A stretch of DNA of 64,000 bases, from NCBI GenBank assembly GCA_038891055.1, contig JAWAEU010000003.1, forward strand, positions 26,856 to 90,855, written 5' to 3'. A program made the position numbers and the translations under genes. Positions 55,367 to 64,000 of the stretch are shown piece after piece. Every line of letters starts with the position of its first letter. The first letter of the stretch is position 1. The notes beneath the pieces are model-generated. The model ran no database searches. It was not told where the DNA came from and saw only the letters and a program-made list of their open reading frames with translations. Origin of the DNA: Candidatus Anstonellaceae archaeon (GTDB taxonomy: Archaea > Micrarchaeota > Micrarchaeia > Anstonellales > Anstonellaceae).

Positions 55367-57505
55367 ATGAGAAAAATTTTAATTACTGCTGCACTACCTT
55401 ATTCTAATAACTTGCCACATTTGGGAACTCTAATAGGTTGTGTGCTCTCAGCAGATGTATTTGCAAGATATCATCGTTTAGTAGGAAATAATTGTATTTA
55501 TATCTGTGGAACAGACGAATATGGTACTGCAACAGAAATAAAAGCAATGGAAGAAGGTTTAAGTCCACAGCAGCTGTGTGATAAGTACTATTTACTTCAT
55601 AAAGAAATTTATGAATGGTTTGACATTTCTTTTGATATCTTTGGTAGGACCACTACTCCAAAACACACTCAAATAGTACAAGAAATATTTTTAGACCTAT
55701 ATAAAAACGGCTATATTTTTGAAAAAGAAATAAGTCAGCCTTTTGATCAAAAGTTAGGTATTTTTCTTGCAGATAGATATATTAGTGGAAAATGCCCATT
55801 TTGTGGCTATACACAAGCAAGGGCTGATCAGTGCGATAACTGTGGTAAATTATTAGAATTCTCTTTACTAATAGATCCAATTAGTAAATTGTCTGGAACT
55901 ACTCCTACTATAAAAAATTCAAAACATCTTTTTTTAGATCTCCCAAAACTTGAGCCTCAAGTTAAAAAATTTATTTTAGAAGTAGAACAAAAAAACCTCT
56001 GGTCTAAAAATACTTTGGCTGTTACAAAAGCTTGGCTAAATGCTGGTTTGCAGCCAAGGGCTATAACTAGGGATCTAAAATGGGGAGTGAGAGTACCTCT
56101 GGAGGGATGGGAAAACAAAGTATTTTATGTTTGGTTTGATGCACCTATTGGGTATATTTCAATCACAGCTAATTTAACTGAAAATTATATGGATTGGTGG
56201 GGAGGCTCAAAAGACGTTGAGCACTATGAATTTATAGGCAAAGACAACATTCCATTTCATTCTATAATTTTTCCTGCTACTTTGATTGGCACAAAAAAAA
56301 CTTGGACATTACCTCATTTTATTTCTGCTACAGAATTTTTAAATTTCGAAGGACAAAAATTCTCAAAATCAAACAAAGTCGGAATTTTTGGTGACGATGC
56401 TATAAAAAGCGGAATTGAATCTGATGTTTGGCGCTATTATCTGATTGCAAATAGGCCAGAAACTTCAGATACTAATTTTTGTTGGGAAGACTTTGAAAAA
56501 AGAATAAATAGCGAACTTGTAGCAAACTTAGCAAATTTAGTAAATAGAACTTTGGTTTTTATATATAAAAATTTTGATGGAGTTGTACCACAACCAACCC
56601 TAAGTGCTGAAGATTTAGAATTTTTAGAGCAACAAAGAATTTATTCTGGAGGGGTTAGTTATAATTTAGAAAAAGTTCAATTAAGGGCAGCATTGGAAAA
56701 AGCTATGGAATTTTGTGCAAATGCAAACAGATATTTTCAAAATTCCAAACCATGGGAAAACATAAAGTTAAATCCACCTAAAGCAAGAACTTCTTTATTT
56801 GTATTGGCAAATGTGGTGTTTGATATTGCAATTTTGTTTGAGCCATTTTTACCAAAAACCTCGTCCAAAATACTTAAGCAACTTAACATTTCCCAAAAGC
56901 CAACTTGGTTTGACCTCAATAAATTAAAGATCCAACCAGGACACAAAATAAATGAGCCCTTCCATCTCTTTGAAAAGTTGGATAAATCAAAAATTCAACA
57001 ACTCGCTTTGCAATATTCCTCTAAAGCAGAACATCAAGAATTAAAAAATTTATATTTAGAAGTAGGGCAAATAATATCTGTAGAACTACATCCAAATGCC
57101 TCTAATCTTTATATTGAGCAAGTAAAACTTTCAGATAAGACAATTAGAATTGTTTCTGGGCTTGCAAAATTCTACAACCCCAACGAGCTTTTAAATAAAA
57201 ACTGTTTGATTGTAAGGAACCTGGAGTCAAAAGTTATTAGAGGGGTGAGAAGTGATGGCATGCTTCTTGCAGCCCAATCTTCAAATTTAGAATTGGAAAT
57301 TATAGAACCCCAATCAGATGTTGGCCAGATAGTAAATTTTGAGGGAATTGTCCCAACACAAAATCCAAAGCTTCTCTCTTTAGACGAATTTTTTAAATTT
57401 AAGTTAGAAGTAAGAGAAGGAATTTGCTATGCAAATGGAAAAAAAATGTTAATTGGAGGGACAGAACTAAAAACTAAAAAAATTAAAAATGGCATAATAA
57501 AATAA
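55367..57505 (+). CDS. metG: Methionine--tRNA ligase with C-terminal tRNA-binding OB domain
   Basis: ALPYSNNLPHLG, GTDEYGT, CPFC...CDNC, YVWFDA, GKDN, KFSKS, HPNA..LY, S.GMLLAA. Confidence 0.97.
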   Translation: MRKILITAALPYSNNLPHLGTLIGCVLSADVFARYHRLVGNNCIYICGTDEYGTATEIKAMEEGLSPQQLCDKYYLLHKEIYEWFDISFDIFGRTTTPKHTQIVQEIFLDLYKNGYIFEKEISQPFDQKLGIFLADRYISGKCPFCGYTQARADQCDNCGKLLEFSLLIDPISKLSGTTPTIKNSKHLFLDLPKLEPQVKKFILEVEQKNLWSKNTLAVTKAWLNAGLQPRAITRDLKWGVRVPLEGWENKVFYVWFDAPIGYISITANLTENYMDWWGGSKDVEHYEFIGKDNIPFHSIIFPATLIGTKKTWTLPHFISATEFLNFEGQKFSKSNKVGIFGDDAIKSGIESDVWRYYLIANRPETSDTNFCWEDFEKRINSELVANLANLVNRTLVFIYKNFDGVVPQPTLSAEDLEFLEQQRIYSGGVSYNLEKVQLRAALEKAMEFCANANRYFQNSKPWENIKLNPPKARTSLFVLANVVFDIAILFEPFLPKTSSKILKQLNISQKPTWFDLNKLKIQPGHKINEPFHLFEKLDKSKIQQLALQYSSKAEHQELKNLYLEVGQIISVELHPNASNLYIEQVKLSDKTIRIVSGLAKFYNPNELLNKNCLIVRNLESKVIRGVRSDGMLLAAQSSNLELEIIEPQSDVGQIVNFEGIVPTQNPKLLSLDEFFKFKLEVREGICYANGKKMLIGGTELKTKKIKNGIIK

Positions 57506-57526
57506 TTTAAGCTGTTTTGAAATTTT

Positions 57527-58591
57527 TTATGAAAGCTTTTGCAAATATATTGTTTGAGTAGGATAGGCAAACGAGATTTTTTCCTTTTTAAATTCCTCCA
57601 TCAATCTTATATTTATTCTCTCTTGTTTTGCCGCATATGTTGCATAACTATTTGATTTCACAAAGTAGGCTGTTTCAAAAATTAAAGCATAATCTCCAAA
57701 TTTCAAGAAATTCGTTCTATCTAATTCCAAGTCTTTATCTTCTTCAATAATCTTTTTTATAATCGAAGTAACTTTTTTTACTTTTTCTAATGGTGTGTTA
57801 TATGTTATTCCAATTTGAAAGATAACTCGTCGTTTTTCCATTCTTTTGTAGTTGTTTATTTTAGATTCCGTCAAAACTTTATTTGAAATTATTATCTCTT
57901 CACCCTGTAGAGATGTTAGCCTAGTAGATTTTATTCCAATCTTTTTTACTATTCCACTATCTTGTCCAATCACTATAAAATCGCCTACTCTAAATGGCTT
58001 GTCAAAGTATATTGAAAAAGAAGCAAAAATATCTGCTAATATATTTTGTAGGGCAAATGCAATTGCAATACCTCCAATGGAAGCTCCTGCTAACAGAGGC
58101 CAAACATCAATACCTAAATTAGATAAAACAAACAATATTGCAATTATCCACAAAGCATATTTTACTACTTGTGCCCCTATGTGTATAATCTCTTCAGTAT
58201 CTTTTTCTCCTTCTCTTTTATTTTTCTCAACTAATTCTTCTGAAAAAAAATCAATAAATATTTGACTAATGCGCACTCCATAATATGTCAGAATAATTAG
58301 AAATATCCTATCCACCATCCACAAAATCTCTTTGTCTAATTCTAAAAAGTAGTGAGTAGTTAAATAAAGTGAAAATCCAAAATAGAACCAAAAACCTATT
58401 TTTTCTAAGGCATATACCAAATGGTCATCGAATTTATTGGAAGTTTTTTGAGCAATTATTTTCAAGTATTTCAGAAATATTGCCTTAGCAATCCTCGTGA
58501 TAAAAATTATTCCTAAAAAAATTACAAAAGCCTCAATATATATTAAATAAGAAATTAGTCCATAATTCTCTAAAATTCTATCCAAAAACAT
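57527..58591 (-). CDS. mscS: Small-conductance mechanosensitive channel
   Basis: LLAG..IGGIAIAFALQNIL.D, DKPFRVGDFI, IGIKSTR, G..I.ISN, AYPTQT. Confidence 0.93.
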   Translation of the reverse strand: MFLDRILENYGLISYLIYIEAFVIFLGIIFITRIAKAIFLKYLKIIAQKTSNKFDDHLVYALEKIGFWFYFGFSLYLTTHYFLELDKEILWMVDRIFLIILTYYGVRISQIFIDFFSEELVEKNKREGEKDTEEIIHIGAQVVKYALWIIAILFVLSNLGIDVWPLLAGASIGGIAIAFALQNILADIFASFSIYFDKPFRVGDFIVIGQDSGIVKKIGIKSTRLTSLQGEEIIISNKVLTESKINNYKRMEKRRVIFQIGITYNTPLEKVKKVTSIIKKIIEEDKDLELDRTNFLKFGDYALIFETAYFVKSNSYATYAAKQERINIRLMEEFKKEKISFAYPTQTIYLQKLS

Positions 58592-58663
58592 TTCTACACC
58601 TATAAATTTTATATTCTTTATTAAATAAATAATATTTACTAAAATTATAAAAAAATAACTTTT

Positions 58664-58734
58664 GCCAGGTTGGCAGAGTGGCTATGCGTCCGCCTGCAGA
58701 GCGGAGTAGGGGGGTTCGATTCCCTCACCTGGCT
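58664..58734 (+). tRNA. tRNA-Cys(GCA)
   Basis: GCCAGGT/ACCTGGC, TCCGC-CTGCAGA-GCGGA, U73. Confidence 0.96.
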
Positions 58735-58750
58735 TTGTTTTAATTTCATT

Positions 58751-59425
58751 CTATATATCAAACTGTTTTCTGAGTTTTTTTATTATTTCTGCAGCGTCTT
58801 TTTGGCCCCCTAGTCCAAAAGCTATTGCAAATGCAAATGCAACTCCATATACTATTGCTTGAATAATTGAGAGAAGTATTTGGTTTATAATTGTAGTTTT
58901 AAAGCCTATGGTTTCAAGAGCTACCAAAACCCCTACTAAAACTACAAATCCCTTTAGAGCAGAGGCAAGAGTTTTTTGTCCATAAAATTTATTAAGGTCT
59001 AAAATAGATTCTTTTATCCATTCTCCAACTATTGCACAGAGAATGATAAATAAAATTGCACCAAAAATTATTGGTATATAAAATGTCAAGAAATTCAAAA
59101 ATATTTGTAATTGTGGCAAATTAAGAACTTCTAAACCAATTATAAAGAAAAATATCATTAAGTACCATTTAAATAATTTGATAAATATGGGTGTAATTTT
59201 ATTTCCCCCTATAGCATCCTCTATTTTATATTTTTGAAAAACCTCTTCAACTTTTAGATATTCTATTATTCTTTTTAATATATTTGCAAGGATAGTACTC
59301 ACAAAATACCCAATTAAGATAATAACCAAGGCTATTATTATATTTGGTATATAAGCTATTGTTTCATAAGTAAACTTATTTAATGAATAAAACATCGTTT
59401 GTATAATTTTTTCTATATCTATCAT
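58751..59425 (-). CDS. TM-helix repeat membrane protein (MscS/CmpX-related)
   Basis: YIPNII.A..I..IG repeated as YIP.IFGA; AFAIAFGLGG. Confidence 0.85.
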   Translation of the reverse strand: MIDIEKIIQTMFYSLNKFTYETIAYIPNIIIALVIILIGYFVSTILANILKRIIEYLKVEEVFQKYKIEDAIGGNKITPIFIKLFKWYLMIFFFIIGLEVLNLPQLQIFLNFLTFYIPIIFGAILFIILCAIVGEWIKESILDLNKFYGQKTLASALKGFVVLVGVLVALETIGFKTTIINQILLSIIQAIVYGVAFAFAIAFGLGGQKDAAEIIKKLRKQFDI

Positions 59426-59516
59426 ATATCTTCACCAATTTTATTTATCAATTATTATTTAAAATCTTTCTATTAAAGCAAAAAGTATTTAATAATAAAC
59501 AATTCTATCCTTTTAT

Positions 59517-60695
59517 ATGGCTATAAAAATTTTTGTGGATACTCAAGCAAAAAAAATTTATTGTTCTGATCCTTCTTCAATTTCAATTTTGCAGAAAGGT
59601 TTTTTTGGAAAAATAGAAAATAAAAAAATAATCCTCAGCACAATAGAGGCTCTATATTTGATGGATGTGAGAAATGCAGTATGTATAGATGAAAAAACTA
59701 ACAAAGAATTAGATTTTAATTTTTTTTTGAAAAATTTTTTGGAGAAGAGGGACTTAATAAAATATTTTACTTATTGTGCATGGAGAGAGCGAGGTTTAAT
59801 TGCCCGTGATATAAAATTTGAAAATTTAAAAAATTATAAAAAAAGCCCAGTTATCCGCTATGAAGGAAAAAGCATGTCAATTAAAAAATTAGATTGTTCT
59901 GCCTATTTTGATGCCAACAGTTTAATTTCAATTTTAACTGATTTAAAAGAAGCAAAAAAACTTTACTTCACTTACTGGTTTGGTCAATATGGCTTATACA
60001 AATCTGAAGAAAAAGGTTCAATAATGAAGCTTGATATTTTTGAAACAATTTTTTTAGCAAAACATTTTGGATTAAAATTAGAAAATTTCTCTTTAGATGA
60101 GGTATTTAAATTAGCTCAATCAAAAATTCCAGATTTTGAAAAGTTCTATCAAGTTTATGAAGACTGGAGATTAAATGGATTTATATTAAAAACAGGTTTT
60201 AAATTTGGAACTCACTTTAGAGTTTATTTTCCAAATTTTTTACCCAATAATTCAAACAATTTACAACATAGCAAACATGTTTTAGAAATATTCTCAAAGT
60301 CAAGCAGTCAAATTATTTATAAATGGGCAAGAGCAATTAGAGTTGCTCATTCTGTAAAGAAAACTTTCATTTTAGCAATTGAAGGACAAAAAAAGGATAT
60401 AAAACAATTTTCAAAGCCAAAGTACACTCATTTTGTTTTATATTCTCGAAAAGAGGGCGGAATCTGTAAGCCAAATTCTGATGAACCCTCTTATTTGATG
60501 CTGAGCTTATCTGAGCTAGATTATATATCGGCAAAATCTTTGGCAGCTGCAATTGAAGAGTGCAAATCATATGGTTTGGGGTTGGTATTAGCAATAGCAG
60601 ATAGAGAATCTTCCACTACCTTCTATTTAGTTAACAGAATAAATATACCTCAGTCAAAATACGAATACTATCAATTAGAATGGTTCTTACCCTAG
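59517..60695 (+). CDS. endA: tRNA splicing endonuclease, probable three-unit epsilon2 type
   Basis: Repeated LS.IEALYL / LDIFETIFL units; KTGFKFGTHFRVY...HS...RVAHSVKK catalytic Tyr/His/Lys; 392 aa. Confidence 0.92.
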   Translation: MAIKIFVDTQAKKIYCSDPSSISILQKGFFGKIENKKIILSTIEALYLMDVRNAVCIDEKTNKELDFNFFLKNFLEKRDLIKYFTYCAWRERGLIARDIKFENLKNYKKSPVIRYEGKSMSIKKLDCSAYFDANSLISILTDLKEAKKLYFTYWFGQYGLYKSEEKGSIMKLDIFETIFLAKHFGLKLENFSLDEVFKLAQSKIPDFEKFYQVYEDWRLNGFILKTGFKFGTHFRVYFPNFLPNNSNNLQHSKHVLEIFSKSSSQIIYKWARAIRVAHSVKKTFILAIEGQKKDIKQFSKPKYTHFVLYSRKEGGICKPNSDEPSYLMLSLSELDYISAKSLAAAIEECKSYGLGLVLAIADRESSTTFYLVNRINIPQSKYEYYQLEWFLP

Positions 60696-61601
60696 AGCCT
60701 CTAGCATCTTTTGTATAATTTCTTTGTTTCCTACATAAAAAGGCGTTCTTTGATCTATTTCACTCACTTCTTTTTTCAATATAGGTTCTTTTCCATCTAC
60801 AGCACTTCCTGAAGCATTCTCTGCTATAAATGCAACTGGATTGCATTCATAGGTAAGTCGCAATTTTCCTTGTGGTGATTTTTTTGTTGACGGGTAAGCA
60901 AAAAATCCACCGCGATGTAAAATCTGAGAGAAATCTCCAACTAAAGAGCCACAATATCTTACCTTTAATTTTTCCACCCTAAACAAGCCTTTTGCAAATT
61001 TTAAAAATTTCTCGTCCCATTCTGTAGGTTGTCCTCCAATTCCAAAAACCTCTCCTGGTTGTGGAAATTTCAAATTCTCATTTAATAAAAAAAATTCAGC
61101 TCTATCGTACTCGTCATAATGTTTTACAAATTCGTGTGTCCCTTTTCCACAAGAATATATCAATAAATTTACTGGCCCGTAGACTTTTATTGCAGCTAAT
61201 TTTAGATTTTCTCCTTTTTGTGGCAGCTTTTTATCATATACCCCCAATATTATTCCAAAGACATTATTTGCTACTATGTTTGAAGAGCCATCCAGTGGAT
61301 CTAAAGTAACATAATATTTTCCTTCCGTATTTACCACATATGGCTTTTCTAACTCTTCGCTATAAATCGTGTTTATTTCATTTACTTTTGAGAGATGTTC
61401 TACTAAAGAGTCATTGGCCCATTTATCTAATTTTGCAACTATTTCGCCATATTTGTTTGGATTATTCTCTACTCCCTTTAGATATTTTGGAAAATTGTCT
61501 TGCATTCTGAGTGAATGAAATGCAAACTTTAAAAAAATATTTTTTAATTGTGGCTCAATTTTTTCTTTTTCTAAAAATTCTTGCAAGTTTTGCTCATCCA
61601 T
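60687..61601 (-). CDS. fbp: Class 1 fructose-1,6-bisphosphatase
   Basis: N.YGE...LD, SEE, DPLDGSSN, YGP, RY.GSLVGD, GKLRL.YECNP.AF..E.A.G, QRTP. Confidence 0.94.
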   Translation of the reverse strand: MDEQNLQEFLEKEKIEPQLKNIFLKFAFHSLRMQDNFPKYLKGVENNPNKYGEIVAKLDKWANDSLVEHLSKVNEINTIYSEELEKPYVVNTEGKYYVTLDPLDGSSNIVANNVFGIILGVYDKKLPQKGENLKLAAIKVYGPVNLLIYSCGKGTHEFVKHYDEYDRAEFFLLNENLKFPQPGEVFGIGGQPTEWDEKFLKFAKGLFRVEKLKVRYCGSLVGDFSQILHRGGFFAYPSTKKSPQGKLRLTYECNPVAFIAENASGSAVDGKEPILKKEVSEIDQRTPFYVGNKEIIQKMLEALG

Positions 61602-61610
61602 TTTTTCCCC

Positions 61611-62375
61611 CTAGTCTGAAAATATGATCTTTTTTAATTCTTCAGCAATTTTTAGTGGCTGGGGATGTTGCCAGACATTTCTTCCTACAGCAAACCCAAC
61701 CGCTCCTGCACTCATCACTTCTTTTGCTTTTGCTAAAAATTCCTCGTCTGTTTGTTTAGAGCCTCCAGCAGAAATGACCTTGCATTTTTGAGCTGCTTGT
61801 ACTACATACCTAAAGCTTTCTACAGAGCCAGTATAATTCACTTTTACAATGTCTGCTCCAAGTTCTAGGGCGCATCTTGCAGCATATGCAACTACAGCTT
61901 TATCTTTTTCATTTTGCACGTATTTTCCTCTTGGATATGCCCACACAATTGTAGGAATACCATATTCTTCACACTCTGCCCTTATCATTCCAAATTCATG
62001 AAACATTCTTGCTTCATTTGGAGATCCAACATAGATTGTATATCCAATAGCATCAGCCCCTAATTTTATTGCTTCTTTTACTGTTGCCAAAGGAGCAGAA
62101 TAAGCTTCATCTTTTGGCACGATATTTGTTTTTCCGTTTAGTTTTAGTATTAGTGGTATTTGCCCAGCATAATTTTCTAAATATTTATAAGCAATTCCTT
62201 TTTGGATAGCAATTCCAGTAAATCCCCCCTTTACAGCTATATCCAAAACATAATCTGGATTGATGTTTTTTTCATCAAAGTCAGTAGGACCATGTTCTAT
62301 TCCTTGGTCCATAGCAAGCAACATAACTTTTCCATTTCTCATAATTCTAGAAAGTCTTGTTTTGTGTCCAGCCAT
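61611..62375 (-). CDS. Class I fructose-bisphosphate aldolase (DhnA/archaeal type)
   Basis: LAMDQGIEHGP, LKLNGKT, WAYPRG, AYAAR..LELGAD.VKV.YTG, GRNVWQ; precedes FBPase. Confidence 0.93.
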   Translation of the reverse strand: MAGHKTRLSRIMRNGKVMLLAMDQGIEHGPTDFDEKNINPDYVLDIAVKGGFTGIAIQKGIAYKYLENYAGQIPLILKLNGKTNIVPKDEAYSAPLATVKEAIKLGADAIGYTIYVGSPNEARMFHEFGMIRAECEEYGIPTIVWAYPRGKYVQNEKDKAVVAYAARCALELGADIVKVNYTGSVESFRYVVQAAQKCKVISAGGSKQTDEEFLAKAKEVMSAGAVGFAVGRNVWQHPQPLKIAEELKKIIFSD

Positions 62376-62454
62376 ATTCTCTCACCCTAAAATTTATTTT
62401 AACATTAATATTTTTTAATTTAAACTTCCAAATTATTATACCTTTAATAATTTT

Positions 62455-62528
62455 GCGATTGTAGTCTAACCTGGTTAGGACACGAGATTGCCAATCTCGG
62501 AATCCGGGTTCAAATCCCGGCAATCGCA
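62455..62528 (+). tRNA. tRNA-Gly(GCC)
   Basis: GCGATTG/CAATCGC; CGAGA-TTGCCAA-TCTCG. Confidence 0.96.
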
Positions 62529-62588
62529 CTTTTTTATTTTTTGTCGACTTTTAGGATTTTAAATTTGTTTCACTATTATTTTTTATAT

Positions 62589-62662
62589 GCCCCCATAGTT
62601 CAACTTGGACAGAATGCGGGCTTGCGGAGCCTGAGGTCTGGGTTCAAATCCCGGTGGGGGCG
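62589..62662 (+). tRNA. tRNA-Arg(GCG)
   Basis: GCCCCCA/TGGGGGC; CGGGC-TTGCGGA-GCCTG. Confidence 0.95.
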
Positions 62663-62664
62663 AA

Positions 62665-63897
62665 TTAATTTTCTAAAAGTAAATCTATTTCTTTTTTGTA
62701 TTTTTCTATTTTCTTAGGGTCTAAAAAAATTTTGTGTGGAGAATCACTTAGACTATAAAATTCAATATTAGTGGGTCTATCAAGACCACTTATTTTAGAA
62801 AGCAAATAAGCTCTAATTTCAATCATGGCAGGATAATCATCTTCCTCTAAATTTAATTTATTTGAAATAAGAACAGTTAGATAGTTTAGCTCTTTTTTTA
62901 CTTCTGCTCTAAAATAAAATTTATTGTCCTCTATAAACTTCTCTTTAAGGTCCGAATACTTCTTAGAAATTTCTTCTTTTAAATCATCCCTTTTATTAGC
63001 TAGCTCTTCTTTTAAATTTCTAAATTCTATGGCATTCTCTATGGTAAATGACAAATAGGAAGAGGGATCAATTTTAGCTATTTCAAGAAATTTTTCTAAT
63101 TTTTCTTTTTCATGTTCTTTTGAAATAGCAAAGCAAATAAGTTCAATTAATGATTTTGGTATTAATTTTTCAACTTCAACTCCATAAACTTCGGCTAATT
63201 TATAAAAAATAGAAATAATTTTTCCCTCAAAATATTCCTTTATAAAATCCTCTATGCCTAAAGAGATTTTAGAAGAAATTAATTTTAATAATTCTTTATA
63301 TTGGGGGTATTCCAGTTCAAGACGACCCAAAATCTTTTTTAAATCCAACCCAATTTTGTGAAAAAATTCTTTATTTTCTTTTACAATATTTTCAGCTTCT
63401 AAAGAAGCACTCGCCTCCAAAATCCAAAAATTATTCAAAATCAAATCATTGAATTCACCATCTGCTGCAATTTCTTTTCTAAAGCTATTTTGCTTATAGT
63501 ATTCTATTTTGCTTTGTTGTATATGATGCACCAATTCATGAATAAGGACAGCAACAAGTTCTTCTTTATTTAGTAGTGGTTTGGAGAGATCTATATCTAA
63601 TCTAATTTCATAAATTCCTAAAAAACTTTCATCTGGCAGGGCCCTATAAACACCACTTATCTTTTCCCCCACATCCATAGTAGAATCGTAATTATTTGTT
63701 AAAACAAAAGTTAGATTCCATTTAGATAAATCAACATTATATCTTTTTTCAATAATTTTTAAAATCTGCGGTATGTTTTTTTGAAGAAAGTTTATCGTTT
63801 GTTGTAGTTTCTTTTCTTCTTGAGCAGCAATTGTTTGCGTTTCAGTTTTAATAACAAAATTTTTTTGTGGATTTTTCTCTTCAACTTCCATATACAT
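62665..63897 (-). CDS. Hypothetical protein with HExxH zincin metallopeptidase motif
   Basis: AVLIHELVHHIQ, with downstream LEASA as candidate third ligand. Confidence 0.7.
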   Translation of the reverse strand: MYMEVEEKNPQKNFVIKTETQTIAAQEEKKLQQTINFLQKNIPQILKIIEKRYNVDLSKWNLTFVLTNNYDSTMDVGEKISGVYRALPDESFLGIYEIRLDIDLSKPLLNKEELVAVLIHELVHHIQQSKIEYYKQNSFRKEIAADGEFNDLILNNFWILEASASLEAENIVKENKEFFHKIGLDLKKILGRLELEYPQYKELLKLISSKISLGIEDFIKEYFEGKIISIFYKLAEVYGVEVEKLIPKSLIELICFAISKEHEKEKLEKFLEIAKIDPSSYLSFTIENAIEFRNLKEELANKRDDLKEEISKKYSDLKEKFIEDNKFYFRAEVKKELNYLTVLISNKLNLEEDDYPAMIEIRAYLLSKISGLDRPTNIEFYSLSDSPHKIFLDPKKIEKYKKEIDLLLEN

Positions 63898-63899
63898 TT

Positions 63900-64000
63900 T
63901 TATACCTTTGTTTTTAGATATTGCTCTGCACTATATGCAGCCATCACTCCTTGAGCTGCAGAAATTACTGCTTGTTTAAATTCAACATCAGTACAATCTC
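63900..64000 (-). CDS. trxB: Thioredoxin reductase-like flavoprotein, 3' end only
   Basis: Own translation ...DCTDVEFKQAVISAAQGVMAAYSAEQYLKTKV*. Confidence 0.8.
   Translation of the reverse strand, partial: DCTDVEFKQAVISAAQGVMAAYSAEQYLKTKV

Noticed and set aside
62347..62529. 60-aa ORF MRLPGFEPG...
   Set aside because: Antisense shadow of tRNA-Gly.
1..64000. GTAC avoidance as support for R-M specificity
   Set aside because: GTAC occurs repeatedly (e.g. 863-866); no depletion is evident by eye and no count was computed.

Overview
AT-rich, densely coding archaeal chromosomal window. The gene set (GatDE, eIF5A, S24e/S27ae, EF-1beta, thermosome, proteasome beta, aCPSF1, Kae1, HMG-CoA synthase/thiolase/DUF35) is archaeal. 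The ~390-aa three-unit tRNA splicing endonuclease points by inference to a DPANN Micrarchaeota-like organism with broad biosynthetic capacity: pyrCKD, purM, upper mevalonate pathway, two geranylgeranyl-reductase-family genes, and a class I aldolase plus class I FBPase. Seven tRNA genes are visible, one with a relaxed-BHB intron, and none encodes CCA. Three small genes (rps27ae, a degenerate DUF1610-type zinc finger, an RHH protein) and two edge-truncated genes (pyrC, trxB) missing from the ORF track were read directly. The best novelty candidates are (i) an unexplained GC-enriched ~150-nt rod-shaped non-coding element with a pyrimidine-rich central bubble at 40851-41007, and (ii) a module at 50829-52483 with a divergent 160-aa orphan, an RHH regulator and an amino-methyltransferase, resembling an RHH-controlled restriction-modification system. 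No CRISPR array, rRNA, integrase or transposase was seen. All calls come from reading motifs by eye; no database searches were run.
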